Virus record (IMG/VR): IMGVR_UViG_3300011116_000673
Location: 7,532-71,531 of that record
Origin: a virus
Reading direction: 5' to 3' (one strand)
DNA length: 64,000 nt
The notes under the pieces were generated by a model that ran no database searches, was not told the origin of the DNA, and worked only from the letters and a program-made list of their open reading frames with translations. A program made the position numbers and the translations under genes. This document shows, one piece after another, positions 9,505 through 20,001 of the stretch. Position 1 is the stretch's first letter; each line of letters begins with the position of its first letter.

Positions 9505-10140
9505 ATGACAACAATTATTGCTATTCAAGGAGATGGGTTTTCAGTAATTTGTGCTGACTCTCGTATTAGCGATTCTTACGCTGATGGGATGATTTCACAA
9601 ATAGGAACTTTGCGTGAAGGTTCTGGAAAAGTAGCTGTAAACGGAAAATACCTATTAGCAACTGCTGGAGACCTCAGAGCAATCAACATTCTTCAACACG
9701 TGTTTCAACCACCAACCCCAACGCCTAACACTAGAGGTAAAAAGCTAGATCAGTTTATTACCAGCAAGTTTATTCCGGCACTACGAGAGTGTTTTGATTC
9801 TCAAGGGTACTCAGTTCCTGATCGTGATGATAAAGAACATATGGCTGAACAAGGGTCAACTATTCTTTTGTCAATCAATGGAACGTTGTATTTAATTGAC
9901 GGAGATTATTCGTGGTATTCCGACTTTACTGGGCTGTACGCAATTGGCACTGGCTCTTCGTATGCTCTTGGAGCACTACAAGCTTTGGTACATAACAAGA
10001 AACAGACGGTCATTCAAGCAAAAGCCAACGCTATAAAAGCCATAGCAATCTCTGCTAAGTTTGACCCATACACGGGTGCGCCATACCACACCTTTGTGCA
10101 AGAATACGAAGTACGCAGTAAATCGCGTAAACCTGTATAA
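9505..10140 (+). CDS. HslV/proteasome beta-subunit-like Ntn peptidase
   Basis: M-TTIIA start (Thr1 nucleophile), ADSR, GKV, AGD, AIGTGSSYALGAL, DPYT. Confidence 0.8.
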   Translation: MTTIIAIQGDGFSVICADSRISDSYADGMISQIGTLREGSGKVAVNGKYLLATAGDLRAINILQHVFQPPTPTPNTRGKKLDQFITSKFIPALRECFDSQGYSVPDRDDKEHMAEQGSTILLSINGTLYLIDGDYSWYSDFTGLYAIGTGSSYALGALQALVHNKKQTVIQAKANAIKAIAISAKFDPYTGAPYHTFVQEYEVRSKSRKPV

Positions 10141-10168
10141 TTAACAAACCAACAAAAGGAGTAATACC

Positions 10169-10420
10169 ATGAAAACAGCTCATGTAGACGCAACAGCAAA
10201 AGGAGCCTTGTTAGGCTTGTTGACATACGTCGGCACAAAATACGACGTTTCAGCAGAGGTAGTAGCTGCCTGTGTTCCAGTAGCAGCCCTTGCTCTGTCG
10301 TTCATTTCAACCAAGATTGGTGACAAAAATACAACCATGTTGATTGACTTGGCTACTAAAGCCGTAGCTGCAGCCCCAGCAAAACCTGCTGCCAAAAAAG
10401 CTCCAGCAAAAAAGAAGTAA
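10169..10420 (+). CDS. small membrane protein with basic PAKK tail
   Basis: AAGGAG RBS; two hydrophobic segments; AAPAKPAAKKAPAKKK. Confidence 0.6.
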   Translation: MKTAHVDATAKGALLGLLTYVGTKYDVSAEVVAACVPVAALALSFISTKIGDKNTTMLIDLATKAVAAAPAKPAAKKAPAKKK

Positions 10421-10450
10421 TATCTTATTACTTTCTTAAAGAGGTTTTAA

Positions 10451-12145
10451 ATGCCTATTGATTTTTGGTCTCCGTCTTATAGGGCTGCATCTAGCGATCT
10501 AACAGTTGCTATCAGCCCTTTAGGACTAGTTGAACTTGCCGACGAAGAGTTTGAAGTTCACGGCCCACGCCTTAACCGTTACTCTGCTGCATGGGCTTGG
10601 TATCTAGGACACCATTGGTCATACCGTCGCGAAATGGGCGACAACAACATCACGATGAATTATGTCCGAACAATGTCGGACTTCATCACCAACTTTTGTT
10701 TTGGTAAAGGAATTCAATTTAAAGTTCCTGAGCAAAACCAAGCAATCATCCCACGACTTCTTCATGAGATTTGGGATAACCAAAACAATAAACATTATTT
10801 GCTTTGGCAAATGGGTCAATTAGCCAGTGTTACTGGAGATTGTTTTGTAAAAGTTGCGTATGATGAACCATACACGGATGGTGCTGGTGTTGTTCGTCCA
10901 GGTCGTGTGCGAATTTTGCCTCTTAACCCAGCTCATTGTTTCCCTGAATATCACCCACATGATCGTGAACGTTTGTTGCGCTTTAAACTTAAGTATCGTT
11001 TTTGGGGCACATCTCCAGAAGGTACTCGTCAGGTTTACACCTTTACAGAAATTCTTACCGACGAACTAGTTCAACAATATGTAAACGACGAACTAATTGA
11101 TTCATATCCAAACCCAATTGGCACAGTTCCTATTGTGCACATTCCAAATATAACTATTACTTCGTCACCTTGGGGACAATCAGACATTTGGGATGTAATT
11201 CAGTTGAATCGTGAACTTAACGAAAAGATGACTGAAGTTTCAGACATCATTAACTACCACGCTGCTCCAGTAACAATTATTACTGGCGCAAAAGCAAGCC
11301 AACTTGAACGAGGACCAAAGAAAGTTTGGGCTGGCCTTCCAAAAGATGCGCAGGTATTTAACCTTGAATCTCGTGGAGAAATGGCTGGAGCGCTTGAGTA
11401 CATTCAAATGATTAAGCGAGCAATGCATGAGATTACTGGTGTTCCAGAAACAGCATTAGGACAATTCCAACCAGTATCTAATACTTCTGGTGTTGCTTTG
11501 GCTATTCAGTATCAGCCTTTGATGAACCGTTATCAAATGAAAAAAGTGCACTTTACTAACGGTTTAGAAAAACTTAATGAAATTATTATTAGAACAGCAG
11601 CCGTATTCATGCCAGAACTTTTGGTGTACGACGCATCACAATCAGCAATGCCGGAAGCAGATCAACTAACGCAGTTAGATCCGATGGACCCAAATACTTA
11701 CAAGACAACAATCCATTGGCCTGAACCACTTCCTGTTGATGCTCTTATCAAACTTAACGAAGCCCAAGCAAAAATGGCATTGGGTATTGAGTCCAAGAAA
11801 GGTGCTCTTCGTTCACTAGGCGAAGAATTCCCGAACGAAAAGATGATTGAAATTTTTGATGAACTTATGGACGATGCAATTGACCAAGGTGCACTTGATA
11901 TGGTGCGTGCACAAATTGGTCAAGCAGTAATGCTTGCTACAGGCCTATTGCCTGATACATCTGGTATGCAAACGACTTCCGCTGGAGGTGCTAATGTATC
12001 TAGTGCGGGAAGTTCGGGAACGGGCGGACCGCTTCCAGGTGTTGGTGGTATTCCACCAATTGAGGAAGACTTAATTAATAAAATGACTAGTCGGGCATAT
12101 GGCGCAAGATTTGCACAGCGTCGTATTCCTGATGAAGACAAATAA
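10451..12145 (+). CDS. portal protein (SPP1 gp6-like)
   Basis: Size, position before scaffold/capsid, PIVHIPN...WGQSDI, NTSGVAL. Confidence 0.85.
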   Translation: MPIDFWSPSYRAASSDLTVAISPLGLVELADEEFEVHGPRLNRYSAAWAWYLGHHWSYRREMGDNNITMNYVRTMSDFITNFCFGKGIQFKVPEQNQAIIPRLLHEIWDNQNNKHYLLWQMGQLASVTGDCFVKVAYDEPYTDGAGVVRPGRVRILPLNPAHCFPEYHPHDRERLLRFKLKYRFWGTSPEGTRQVYTFTEILTDELVQQYVNDELIDSYPNPIGTVPIVHIPNITITSSPWGQSDIWDVIQLNRELNEKMTEVSDIINYHAAPVTIITGAKASQLERGPKKVWAGLPKDAQVFNLESRGEMAGALEYIQMIKRAMHEITGVPETALGQFQPVSNTSGVALAIQYQPLMNRYQMKKVHFTNGLEKLNEIIIRTAAVFMPELLVYDASQSAMPEADQLTQLDPMDPNTYKTTIHWPEPLPVDALIKLNEAQAKMALGIESKKGALRSLGEEFPNEKMIEIFDELMDDAIDQGALDMVRAQIGQAVMLATGLLPDTSGMQTTSAGGANVSSAGSSGTGGPLPGVGGIPPIEEDLINKMTSRAYGARFAQRRIPDEDK

Positions 12146-12196
12146 TTCGTAAACTACATCAGTAAATATTCGCTAAACAACACATAGGAGAAAATT

Positions 12197-13000
12197 ATGG
12201 CAAAGCGAGAAACAGATGAAATCACCATCCCTGCAATTGCAGTTGATGCGTTTAATGAAGAGGCTCAACAAGTAGCCCCAAATAATCAAGTTACCCCAAC
12301 GGGTAAAATCTTTTCTGAAACAGATGTTGAAAACATCCGTAAACAGGAAAAAGACAAGATGTACAAGCGTCTTGAAGAAGCTGATGCACGAGCAAAGGCA
12401 ATGGAAGAGCAACTCAAAGTCCTTGCACAGGACCGTGAAGCAGCAATTAAAAAAGCTGAAGAAAAGGCTCGTGCTGAGGAAGAAATCCGCAAACAACGAG
12501 AATTTGAAGAGCTTACATCCAAGCAATTGTTGGCAAAGACTGAAGATGAATTCAACACCAAGATTAAAAACATTGATGCTGAATGGCAATCTCGGTTTGC
12601 AGCAATTGAAGAGGATCGCAAAGCTCAACAAGCGTTGCTTGAGAAAGAACGAGAATTGCGTGAATTAGAAGCTTATCGTCAGCGCAAGCTTCACGAGGAA
12701 CAAGAAAATATCATCCCAGAATTGATTGATCTTGTTGCTGGTAACTCTATTGAAGAGGTAGACGCTTCAGTAGATATCTTGCGCCAACGCAGTGCTGCTA
12801 TACTTCAAAGTGTCCAGCAAGCGACGCAACCACGCCAACTTAAAGGCGTATCAGTTACTTCGCCAGTGTCTGGGCCAATGGAAAACCAAACGGAATACCA
12901 GACGTTGAACTCGGATGACATCCGAAACATGACAATGGACCAGTATGTTAAAATGAGAGACAGGCTATTAAGTTCACGATCCAATAAAGGTCGTTTTTAA
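12197..13000 (+). CDS. capsid scaffolding protein
   Basis: E/K/A-rich coiled coil between portal and capsid; C-terminal MTMDQYVKMR. Confidence 0.75.
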   Translation: MAKRETDEITIPAIAVDAFNEEAQQVAPNNQVTPTGKIFSETDVENIRKQEKDKMYKRLEEADARAKAMEEQLKVLAQDREAAIKKAEEKARAEEEIRKQREFEELTSKQLLAKTEDEFNTKIKNIDAEWQSRFAAIEEDRKAQQALLEKERELRELEAYRQRKLHEEQENIIPELIDLVAGNSIEEVDASVDILRQRSAAILQSVQQATQPRQLKGVSVTSPVSGPMENQTEYQTLNSDDIRNMTMDQYVKMRDRLLSSRSNKGRF

Positions 13001-13036
13001 GGTCCAATATTCAACATGAAATTTAGGAGATAAATT

Positions 13037-14122
13037 ATGGCAATTCCAGGCCCACAGGGTGGCGCAATTACGGGTGCAGGTCTTACTTCGGTAACGACAA
13101 CTGGTTACTCAAGTGATGCAACACTCTCACCAGCGATTCAACAGATTTGGTCAAAAGAAATTTTGTTCCAAGCAATGCCTGTTCTTCGTTTTGAGCAATT
13201 CGCAGTGAAGAAGACTGAACTTGGTGTAATGCCTGGTTTGACAATCAACTTCATGCGTTACACCAATCTTGGTGTTAACGAGACAACTGGCGCGACCCTT
13301 ACTGAAGGTGTTCGTCTTGAGCCAGTAGCTTTGTCAGCATCGCAGATTCAGATCACAGTTGGCGAACAAGGACAAGCTCTTGCCGTAACCGAACTGTTGC
13401 TCAACGCATCGTTTGACGACGTAATGGCTTCATCAAGCCGTTTGCTTGGTCGTCACATGGCACAGTCAATGGACATTCAAGCACGTAACACGCTCTATCA
13501 GAACGCTATTCCGTTCGGTGGTGGCGCAGCAGTTCCACCAAGCGTTGTCTTTGGTCGCAAAACCAATGGCGCAACACGTGGTTCAATTGCTCCTTACGAG
13601 TATTCGGCAGCTGGCACATACAACGATCCTGGCTACCTCTCACCTGCAACAATTAAAGATGCAGTTGAAATTCTTGCTGGTCAGAACATCCCACGTCTTG
13701 GTGACACATACGTGTGCTTCGTTCACCCATCACAAAGCCGTGCGCTTCGTGACTGGCCGGAATTCATTGAAGTAACAAAATATGCTGCTCCAGGCAACTT
13801 CATGCTTGGTGAAATTGGTCGTATCTACGACGTAGTTTTCATTGAGACAACTCAAGTTGCTCAAGGTGGCGGTCCTGCAGACCTTGTGTCGGGCACGACT
13901 GGCAACCAAGCACCAACAGCAACTTCATACAGCGCCATCATGATTGGTGACAACGCTTTCGGTCACGCTATTGCATTGCCAGTAGAACTCCGTGACGGTG
14001 GTGTCATTGACTTTGGTCGTGAGCATGGTCTTGCTTGGTACGCAATTTGGGGCTTCGGTATGATCACTGGAGAATCCCGTGTTGTACTTAACACCAAGGG
14101 TGGCGCAATCGGCGCTTCGTAA
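13037..14122 (+). CDS. major capsid protein (N4-gp56-like)
   Basis: LTEGV, YVCFVHPSQ, GEIGRIYDVVFIET, GLAWYAIWGFG; strong RBS and downstream terminator. Confidence 0.9.
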   Translation: MAIPGPQGGAITGAGLTSVTTTGYSSDATLSPAIQQIWSKEILFQAMPVLRFEQFAVKKTELGVMPGLTINFMRYTNLGVNETTGATLTEGVRLEPVALSASQIQITVGEQGQALAVTELLLNASFDDVMASSSRLLGRHMAQSMDIQARNTLYQNAIPFGGGAAVPPSVVFGRKTNGATRGSIAPYEYSAAGTYNDPGYLSPATIKDAVEILAGQNIPRLGDTYVCFVHPSQSRALRDWPEFIEVTKYAAPGNFMLGEIGRIYDVVFIETTQVAQGGGPADLVSGTTGNQAPTATSYSAIMIGDNAFGHAIALPVELRDGGVIDFGREHGLAWYAIWGFGMITGESRVVLNTKGGAIGAS

Positions 14123-14137
14123 TTATCTCTAAGATGT

Positions 14138-14168
14138 AAGTGGGGGTTAATACCCCCACTTTATTCTT
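14138..14168 (+). terminator. intrinsic terminator after the capsid gene
   Basis: AAGTGGGGGT-TAAT-ACCCCCACTT followed by a T-rich tract. Confidence 0.8.
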
Positions 14169-14192
14169 AACTACACAAAAAGGAGCCATAAA

Positions 14193-14444
14193 ATGGCACG
14201 TGCTAAAAAAGAAATTAAAGAATTTGTTGAACAAGACCAAAGTTTGTACGCAATTGAGCGTGATGAAGCCGAAGTACTTGATCCAACCACCAAAGACGAA
14301 TTGGTATCAGCAAGAGTCAAGGGTAGTTGGGTTATGTTTTGGAGCCAATCAAGCTATTCATTTGTTGACGGACAACGATACAAACTTCCTCGTGAACTGT
14401 TTAACTATCTTAAGAAAACAGGAAATATCTACGACACACTCTGA
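14193..14444 (+). CDS. hypothetical head-associated protein
   Basis: AAGGAG RBS; follows capsid gene. Confidence 0.6.
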   Translation: MARAKKEIKEFVEQDQSLYAIERDEAEVLDPTTKDELVSARVKGSWVMFWSQSSYSFVDGQRYKLPRELFNYLKKTGNIYDTL

Positions 14445-14454
14445 GGTTTAAATA

Positions 14455-15096
14455 ATGACAGGATTTATAGTACCGAACGCAAAACAATTTGGTGTATCAA
14501 TCCAAAGTTTAGACCAAGCAGAACCTGATTCATTAGATTTTGAAATTGTTGGCAACAACCGCTATGCGGTTCTTTCTGGACTATCCGCTACCTTTAACGC
14601 AGCAGTCAACGGATCAGCAATCATTACTTCCGGTGAAGTTATTATTGATGGTGTTTACGGACAGGTTTCTGGAACTACTTTAAACTTTACAGCCCCTGCT
14701 GTTGATCCACGTTTTGATTTAATTGTTGCCCAAAACAGCGCTGGAGTATTTTCTTTAAATACAATTATTGGAACTGCAGACGCAACCAATCCTATTTTCC
14801 CAACAGTAGCTTCTACTCAAATTGTTCTCTATGCTTTGTACCGAAAGTCTGGAGAAACTTTTGGCAACAACAGCGTTGTAGATAAACGAAAATTAACATC
14901 TACAGTAATCCGCAGTGGAACTGGTACTCCTCCTGCAGTTGGCGTAGACGGAGATTTGTATATCCGAACTGGGTTTACACCAGCAGTAGGTCAATCATCT
15001 CTGTATGTAAAACAGTCTGGGTCTTGGCAAAACTTAGGTGTATACACTGTAGTTCCTGATGTTCCTTTAAACCCATTTTTGCTTGTTGGATTGTGA
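14455..15096 (+). CDS. virion structural protein (head fibre/decoration-like)
   Basis: PRFDLIV and GTGTPPAVGVDGDLYIR motifs typical of phage structural proteins. Confidence 0.6.
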   Translation: MTGFIVPNAKQFGVSIQSLDQAEPDSLDFEIVGNNRYAVLSGLSATFNAAVNGSAIITSGEVIIDGVYGQVSGTTLNFTAPAVDPRFDLIVAQNSAGVFSLNTIIGTADATNPIFPTVASTQIVLYALYRKSGETFGNNSVVDKRKLTSTVIRSGTGTPPAVGVDGDLYIRTGFTPAVGQSSLYVKQSGSWQNLGVYTVVPDVPLNPFLLVGL

Positions 15097-15245
15097 GCGA
15101 AGAACTACTTCCTACTCCCACGGGAACTGTTGCAGACATTACAAGAGTTCGCCGCGTTAGTTTAGGGCGTTTTAGAGAACAGCAACCAGCAATGAACCAA
15201 GAGTTGCAAGACACAGTTCCTGGCTCTGGTTCTGGCGATCAATAA
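15093..15245 (+). CDS. small hypothetical protein (50 aa, not in ORF track)
   Basis: GTGA overlap with the upstream stop; MSEELLPTPTGTVADITRVRRVSLGRFREQQPAMNQ... Confidence 0.5.
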   Translation: MSEELLPTPTGTVADITRVRRVSLGRFREQQPAMNQELQDTVPGSGSGDQ

Positions 15246-15262
15246 TAAAGTAAACTGTTAGC

Positions 15263-16096
15263 ATGCATACAGTATTTGACCCTGCTTCCGTAAACACCAT
15301 TACAACAATTGCTAGAGGGTTCTTAAGAGATTTTCCTAAGTTTTTTCAAGTATCGTTTAATGCGGTAGGAAGAACCTACGAATTAGGTAATCCAAATATT
15401 GATGCTGACTCCCTATGGGTTGCTTCATACACAAACAGCGCCCCAGTAACTATAACTTCAAGCACTTCCGCTAGTTCTTATTACTCACTAGATGCACGCA
15501 ATGGCATTTTGCGGTTTAACCAAACCCCAACTGCTGGCGCAAACATCTTGGTTGAAGGTTACTATTATGAATGGGTTTTGCCGTCAGACCTTGAGTTTTA
15601 CGCAAACCATGCTATTGAACAACATGTCTATAACTTAGATTTACCTCTTGAAAACATGTCTGGGATTGTCATTGACACTATTGGTATGAGTTGTGTTGTT
15701 GAAGCCCTTTGGGGTTTGCTTACTGAATACAGCCGAGACATTGACGTTACTACCTCAGAGTCCGTACATATCCCGGCAAGCCAGCGGTTCAGAATGGTTC
15801 AAAGCCTTCTTGATTATTGGTCAAAAGCATATGAGAAACAAGCCAAAGCTTTAAACATTGGTCTTGAAAGAATTGAGATAATGAATCTTCGCCGTGTGTC
15901 CAGAAGTACAAACAGGTATGTTCCTATTTACAAGTCTAAAGAACTTGGAGAATACGGTCCAATTGAACGTCTCTTTCCAGAAATTGGAGATGGCGTTATC
16001 AATATTGAAGAACCTGAGGATGAGCAAATTAGAAACGTATATGTAGCTGTAGAACCTGGAACTACCTTAAACACAACTGCTATCTACGGGATGTAA
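15263..16096 (+). CDS. head-tail adaptor/neck protein
   Basis: Position between capsid and sheath genes; IPASQRFR motif. Confidence 0.55.
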   Translation: MHTVFDPASVNTITTIARGFLRDFPKFFQVSFNAVGRTYELGNPNIDADSLWVASYTNSAPVTITSSTSASSYYSLDARNGILRFNQTPTAGANILVEGYYYEWVLPSDLEFYANHAIEQHVYNLDLPLENMSGIVIDTIGMSCVVEALWGLLTEYSRDIDVTTSESVHIPASQRFRMVQSLLDYWSKAYEKQAKALNIGLERIEIMNLRRVSRSTNRYVPIYKSKELGEYGPIERLFPEIGDGVINIEEPEDEQIRNVYVAVEPGTTLNTTAIYGM

Positions 16097-16099
16097 CCC

Positions 16100-16630
16100 A
16101 TGGATGGTCGCAGAGAACTTGCCCACATTCGCAAGAACTATCGTCAGTACCACCGACAAATTGGCGAAACCATAACATGGTTTAGTTTTATACCTTTCTC
16201 ACCTACAGGCAGCGAATACGATGACGTATACGATGAGGGTCCATCTGGTCCAGACGGTAAAAAGTACAAAGACAAAGTCATCATTCCAGTATTGATGGTC
16301 ACTGAAACTGAAGACACAAAACGAGCTATTCCAGAAGGTAGGCAGCCAGTTCAAGTAGTAAACGTTGTTATGTCTATTGCTGACATGCGTGATGCTGGTG
16401 TTGAAGAGCCGTACGAGTATCAACGGCATTTAAACGATATTTTTATGTACGACGCTAGGTATTACAGCGTCACCATGTACCGTGTTCGTGGTCGTGTAAA
16501 AGATGACGTATTGGTAGTTGTAGAAGGAATTGAAATTTACGTAAGTGATGAAATGCCTAATGATCCAGGTCCTGCAGCACTAACCGTAAATGACTTTCCT
16601 TGGCCCTCTACGTTGCCATCCCTTACCTGA
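16100..16630 (+). CDS. head closure/neck protein
   Basis: Synteny in the neck module. Confidence 0.5.
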   Translation: MDGRRELAHIRKNYRQYHRQIGETITWFSFIPFSPTGSEYDDVYDEGPSGPDGKKYKDKVIIPVLMVTETEDTKRAIPEGRQPVQVVNVVMSIADMRDAGVEEPYEYQRHLNDIFMYDARYYSVTMYRVRGRVKDDVLVVVEGIEIYVSDEMPNDPGPAALTVNDFPWPSTLPSLT

Positions 16631-16639
16631 TAAACTGTA

Positions 16640-16663
16640 ATTGCTTAGCGTGCGCTAAGCAAT
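16640..16663. promoter_or_regulatory. perfect 11 bp inverted repeat just downstream of an extended -10
   Basis: TGA-TAAACT (16628-16636), then ATTGCTTAGCG-TG-CGCTAAGCAAT. Confidence 0.55.
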
Positions 16664-16690
16664 ACAACGCCTAGGGTTAAAGGAGTGCCA

Positions 16691-17089
16691 ATGACTGGCA
16701 AGACAACTTCATCTGCCACTTCTCGCCCTGTTATCCAAGGGGTTCCTTCCCCGATTGGTTATTTAGCTGAGCTTTCAGTAAACTTTGAACATCATTTAGG
16801 TCGTATTATCAATGCTGAAATGGTCAAAGAAACAAAGAGAATTAGAAAAGCTCTTGTCCAAAAAGAACCTGAATGGAAAGACATTGCTCAGTACCTTGAT
16901 GTTTATTGGGATCCTAAAGTTTTAAGTTTTTCATATGCTTTAAGAACCAAAACAGCAAGAGAAAAGTTTAAACAATTAGAATATGGTCCTCCTGCTAAGT
17001 CGCTTCTTAGACACGAACTTCTTGAATTGAACAAAACTTTTGGCGTTGAGATCAACAACTCTATAAATAAGTTTTTAGGAAACAAATGA
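16691..17089 (+). CDS. neck/tail completion protein
   Basis: AGGAG RBS; LEYG motif; synteny. Confidence 0.5.
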   Translation: MTGKTTSSATSRPVIQGVPSPIGYLAELSVNFEHHLGRIINAEMVKETKRIRKALVQKEPEWKDIAQYLDVYWDPKVLSFSYALRTKTAREKFKQLEYGPPAKSLLRHELLELNKTFGVEINNSINKFLGNK

Positions 17090-17757
17090 AAACTGGGTTT
17101 TTACTTGCAGAAGATGAAGCTATTAAACTTAGGTTTTCTAATATCTACGTTACAGATGACCGTAATGCGCAACGCCCTGTAAAAGTCTTTTTTAGGTATC
17201 CTGAGTCTGAAACAGAACGGGATTATCCGTTTATTACTATTGAATTAATTGACGTTTTACATGCAACAGACCGCCAACATTCATATGTAGAGTTGTATTC
17301 TGGAAATGCTGGGGGCTGGTCTTTAGATAGCCCGGCATACGTTAACTACTTGCCTAGCCTTGTAGACAACATTAACGGTTCATCCACATCCACCTTTAAG
17401 AAGATTCCAGATTTTATACCCGTAGACCTTTTGTATCAGGTATCTACTTATTGCCGTACCGCCTTACATGACCGTCAATTAACAGCTAGGTTTTTGCAAA
17501 AAGTTGTTCCTTTTAGGTTTAATAGTATTGCAGTAGAAGCAGATCAAACTACTAGAAGATTTGATATGCTGGACTGGACGAATGCTGACCTTTTAGACCA
17601 AGAGTCGGGTTTTAGAAAACGTATATTTCGTAAGGTTTATACGTTAAAAATGTCGGCAGAAATAAGTGATGCTACCTTAACTAACATCACATCTGTCAAA
17701 CCTGTGTCCACAATTAATAGTACAATTAGTGAGCAATTACATGTTTTTAACCCGTAA
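17086..17757 (+). CDS. tail terminator/completion protein
   Basis: YPFITIE and VDLLYQV motifs; directly upstream of sheath. Confidence 0.6.
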   Translation: MKTGFLLAEDEAIKLRFSNIYVTDDRNAQRPVKVFFRYPESETERDYPFITIELIDVLHATDRQHSYVELYSGNAGGWSLDSPAYVNYLPSLVDNINGSSTSTFKKIPDFIPVDLLYQVSTYCRTALHDRQLTARFLQKVVPFRFNSIAVEADQTTRRFDMLDWTNADLLDQESGFRKRIFRKVYTLKMSAEISDATLTNITSVKPVSTINSTISEQLHVFNP

Positions 17758-17791
17758 TTCATTGTCCACATACACATAAATAGGAGTTATC

Positions 17792-19336
17792 ATGGCATAT
17801 GAGCGTCCAGGAGTATACGTTTCCGAATCAACGTTTACTACCAACATTCAAGCAAACACAGGGGTTACGGCTGCAGCGTTTGTAGGCACGGCTGAACGTG
17901 GCCCAACTACAGCAACACTGGTGACAAACTGGTCACAGTACACAAGTTTGTTTGGTGAACTGTTTAACACTTATGATCTTGGTTATGCTGTCTACCATTT
18001 TTTTGCAAACGGTGGTCAATCGGCATACGTTACACGTGTAGCAGACAGTTCTGCTGTAGTAGCTACTAGCACTATTCAAGGAACACCTGCAGCTGGACCT
18101 GCTGCTGACATTTGGACACTTCAAGCTAAATCAGTTGGTGTTTGGGGAAACAACTTAACCGTTGATTACACCTTTGACGATACCACACTGGTTAATCCTA
18201 CAACAGCTCCAAAATTCACAAAAAGCACGTTGTTTACAGTTACTGTAAAAGCTGGTGGTGTTCAGGTAGAAGAGTGGTCTGGATTGTCAGTTAACCCTGA
18301 AAGCAACAGGTACATTACAACAGTTCTTGACCTGTATTCGTCATACGTAACAACTGCAAGTGTTGCTACTGTTGCAACAGGTGCTCAATTGACAATTAGC
18401 GGATTGACACCATCTGCATACACAGTTACCAAAACTTTTGCAAACGGTAGCGACGGCGTTGGTTCAATTGACGCATCTGATTGGCAAACAGCACTAAATA
18501 CTTACGACACAGTTAATCAATCATTGATTTTTAACTTAGTTGGTCAAACGTCATCTACAATTGTGAATAACGCAATTACCAAGATGATTTCTCGTGGTAA
18601 CTCGTTCTTGGTCGTAGACACGCCGTTAACCGCAACAAGCAAAGCTTTGTTGTCGTCAGCAGTTGCTGGATACACACAATCTAGTTATGCAGCTGTTTAC
18701 GGTCCTGCTCTTAAAATGTACGACCCAACCAAGTCTGGTGCCGCAGCAATTCGCAATACCTATCCAGGAGGAGCCGTTGTTGGTGCAATGATTCGTTCAG
18801 AAGTAGCACGAGGAGTTGCTAAAGCCCCAGCTGGTTACGGTTTGGATTTGCGCAACGTATTTGGTCTTGTTGCAAACCTCACTGAAACAGAACAGGGTTC
18901 TTTGTACAAGACAGAACAAATGAACGTGCTTAGTATTGTTCCTGGAGTTGGAGCCATCATTAATGGTGCTCGTACCCAGGCTAGAAACACGTCAGATAAG
19001 TTTGTTACTGTGCGTCGTTCTCTCAACTTCCTAAAGCAAACACTCAAAGATTCAACTGCATACGCTTTGTTTGAGCCGAATGATCCTCGTTTGTGGGAAG
19101 CCCTTACAGTTAAAGTTTCGTCAATCCTTACAACATTCTGGGCATCCGGTGGTTTGAAAGGAAAAACAACTGGTGAAGCTTTTTATGTAGTATGTAACGA
19201 CACAAACAACACGCCTACCTCAGTAGAAAATGGAATAGTAAACATTCAAGTTGGTGTAGCTTTGCAGACTCCAGCAGAATTCATTGTAATCAACATCAGC
19301 CAGTTTACTGGCGGATCAACAGCAACTTCAATATAG
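17792..19336 (+). CDS. tail sheath protein
   Basis: RPGVYV, FVGTAERGP, FFANGG, KAPAG, VRR, FEPND, PAEFIVI. Confidence 0.95.
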   Translation: MAYERPGVYVSESTFTTNIQANTGVTAAAFVGTAERGPTTATLVTNWSQYTSLFGELFNTYDLGYAVYHFFANGGQSAYVTRVADSSAVVATSTIQGTPAAGPAADIWTLQAKSVGVWGNNLTVDYTFDDTTLVNPTTAPKFTKSTLFTVTVKAGGVQVEEWSGLSVNPESNRYITTVLDLYSSYVTTASVATVATGAQLTISGLTPSAYTVTKTFANGSDGVGSIDASDWQTALNTYDTVNQSLIFNLVGQTSSTIVNNAITKMISRGNSFLVVDTPLTATSKALLSSAVAGYTQSSYAAVYGPALKMYDPTKSGAAAIRNTYPGGAVVGAMIRSEVARGVAKAPAGYGLDLRNVFGLVANLTETEQGSLYKTEQMNVLSIVPGVGAIINGARTQARNTSDKFVTVRRSLNFLKQTLKDSTAYALFEPNDPRLWEALTVKVSSILTTFWASGGLKGKTTGEAFYVVCNDTNNTPTSVENGIVNIQVGVALQTPAEFIVINISQFTGGSTATSI

Positions 19337-19345
19337 GAGATAAAC

Positions 19346-19975
19346 ATGGCAGTTAATTCTGTAAAAACGACAAGAACAGATCCACTTCGTAACTTCAAAT
19401 TTACGGTTAAGTTTGTTCCACTTGACACCGAACTTGAACTACTTACTAAAGGAATTGGCGATCTGGGTTTTGCCCAAATGGGTGGACTTTCAGTTCAAAA
19501 CGAATTGATTGCTTATCGTGAAGGTGGCATGAACACACACCCACACAAAATGGTTGGTCAATCAGATTTTCCACCAATTTCTTTTGCACGTGGGGCTTTT
19601 GCTGAGCAAGATCATCTATACCAATGGCAGCGTTTTATGCATGCATGGCTTGGTGGAGGCGTAGAGGGTATTGCTGGTGGTGCTGCAGGTGACGGAACAA
19701 ACTACCGATGCAATATCATTGTTAAGGTGTTTGATCACCCGTACACTGCAAGTGGGGTTCAGTACCAATACAACACTGACAACACCAATCCAATTGTTCC
19801 AGGAACACCAAAGCTTGCATTTAAAATTTTTAATGCATGGCCTGGCGCTTACGGCCTTAGCGATCTTAACGCTGGTGACAACGGTATTATGATTCAACAA
19901 TTAAACATTCACCACGAAGGTTTTCAAATAGCTTGGACTAAAGCAGAAATTGATGCAATTGCACCACTAAACTAA
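19346..19975 (+). CDS. tail tube protein (T4 gp19-like)
   Basis: DPLRNFKF, YREGG, NAWP, LNAG, HEG. Confidence 0.9.
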   Translation: MAVNSVKTTRTDPLRNFKFTVKFVPLDTELELLTKGIGDLGFAQMGGLSVQNELIAYREGGMNTHPHKMVGQSDFPPISFARGAFAEQDHLYQWQRFMHAWLGGGVEGIAGGAAGDGTNYRCNIIVKVFDHPYTASGVQYQYNTDNTNPIVPGTPKLAFKIFNAWPGAYGLSDLNAGDNGIMIQQLNIHHEGFQIAWTKAEIDAIAPLN

Positions 19976-20001
19976 TAACAAGTACAACATAGGAGCACAA
20001 A

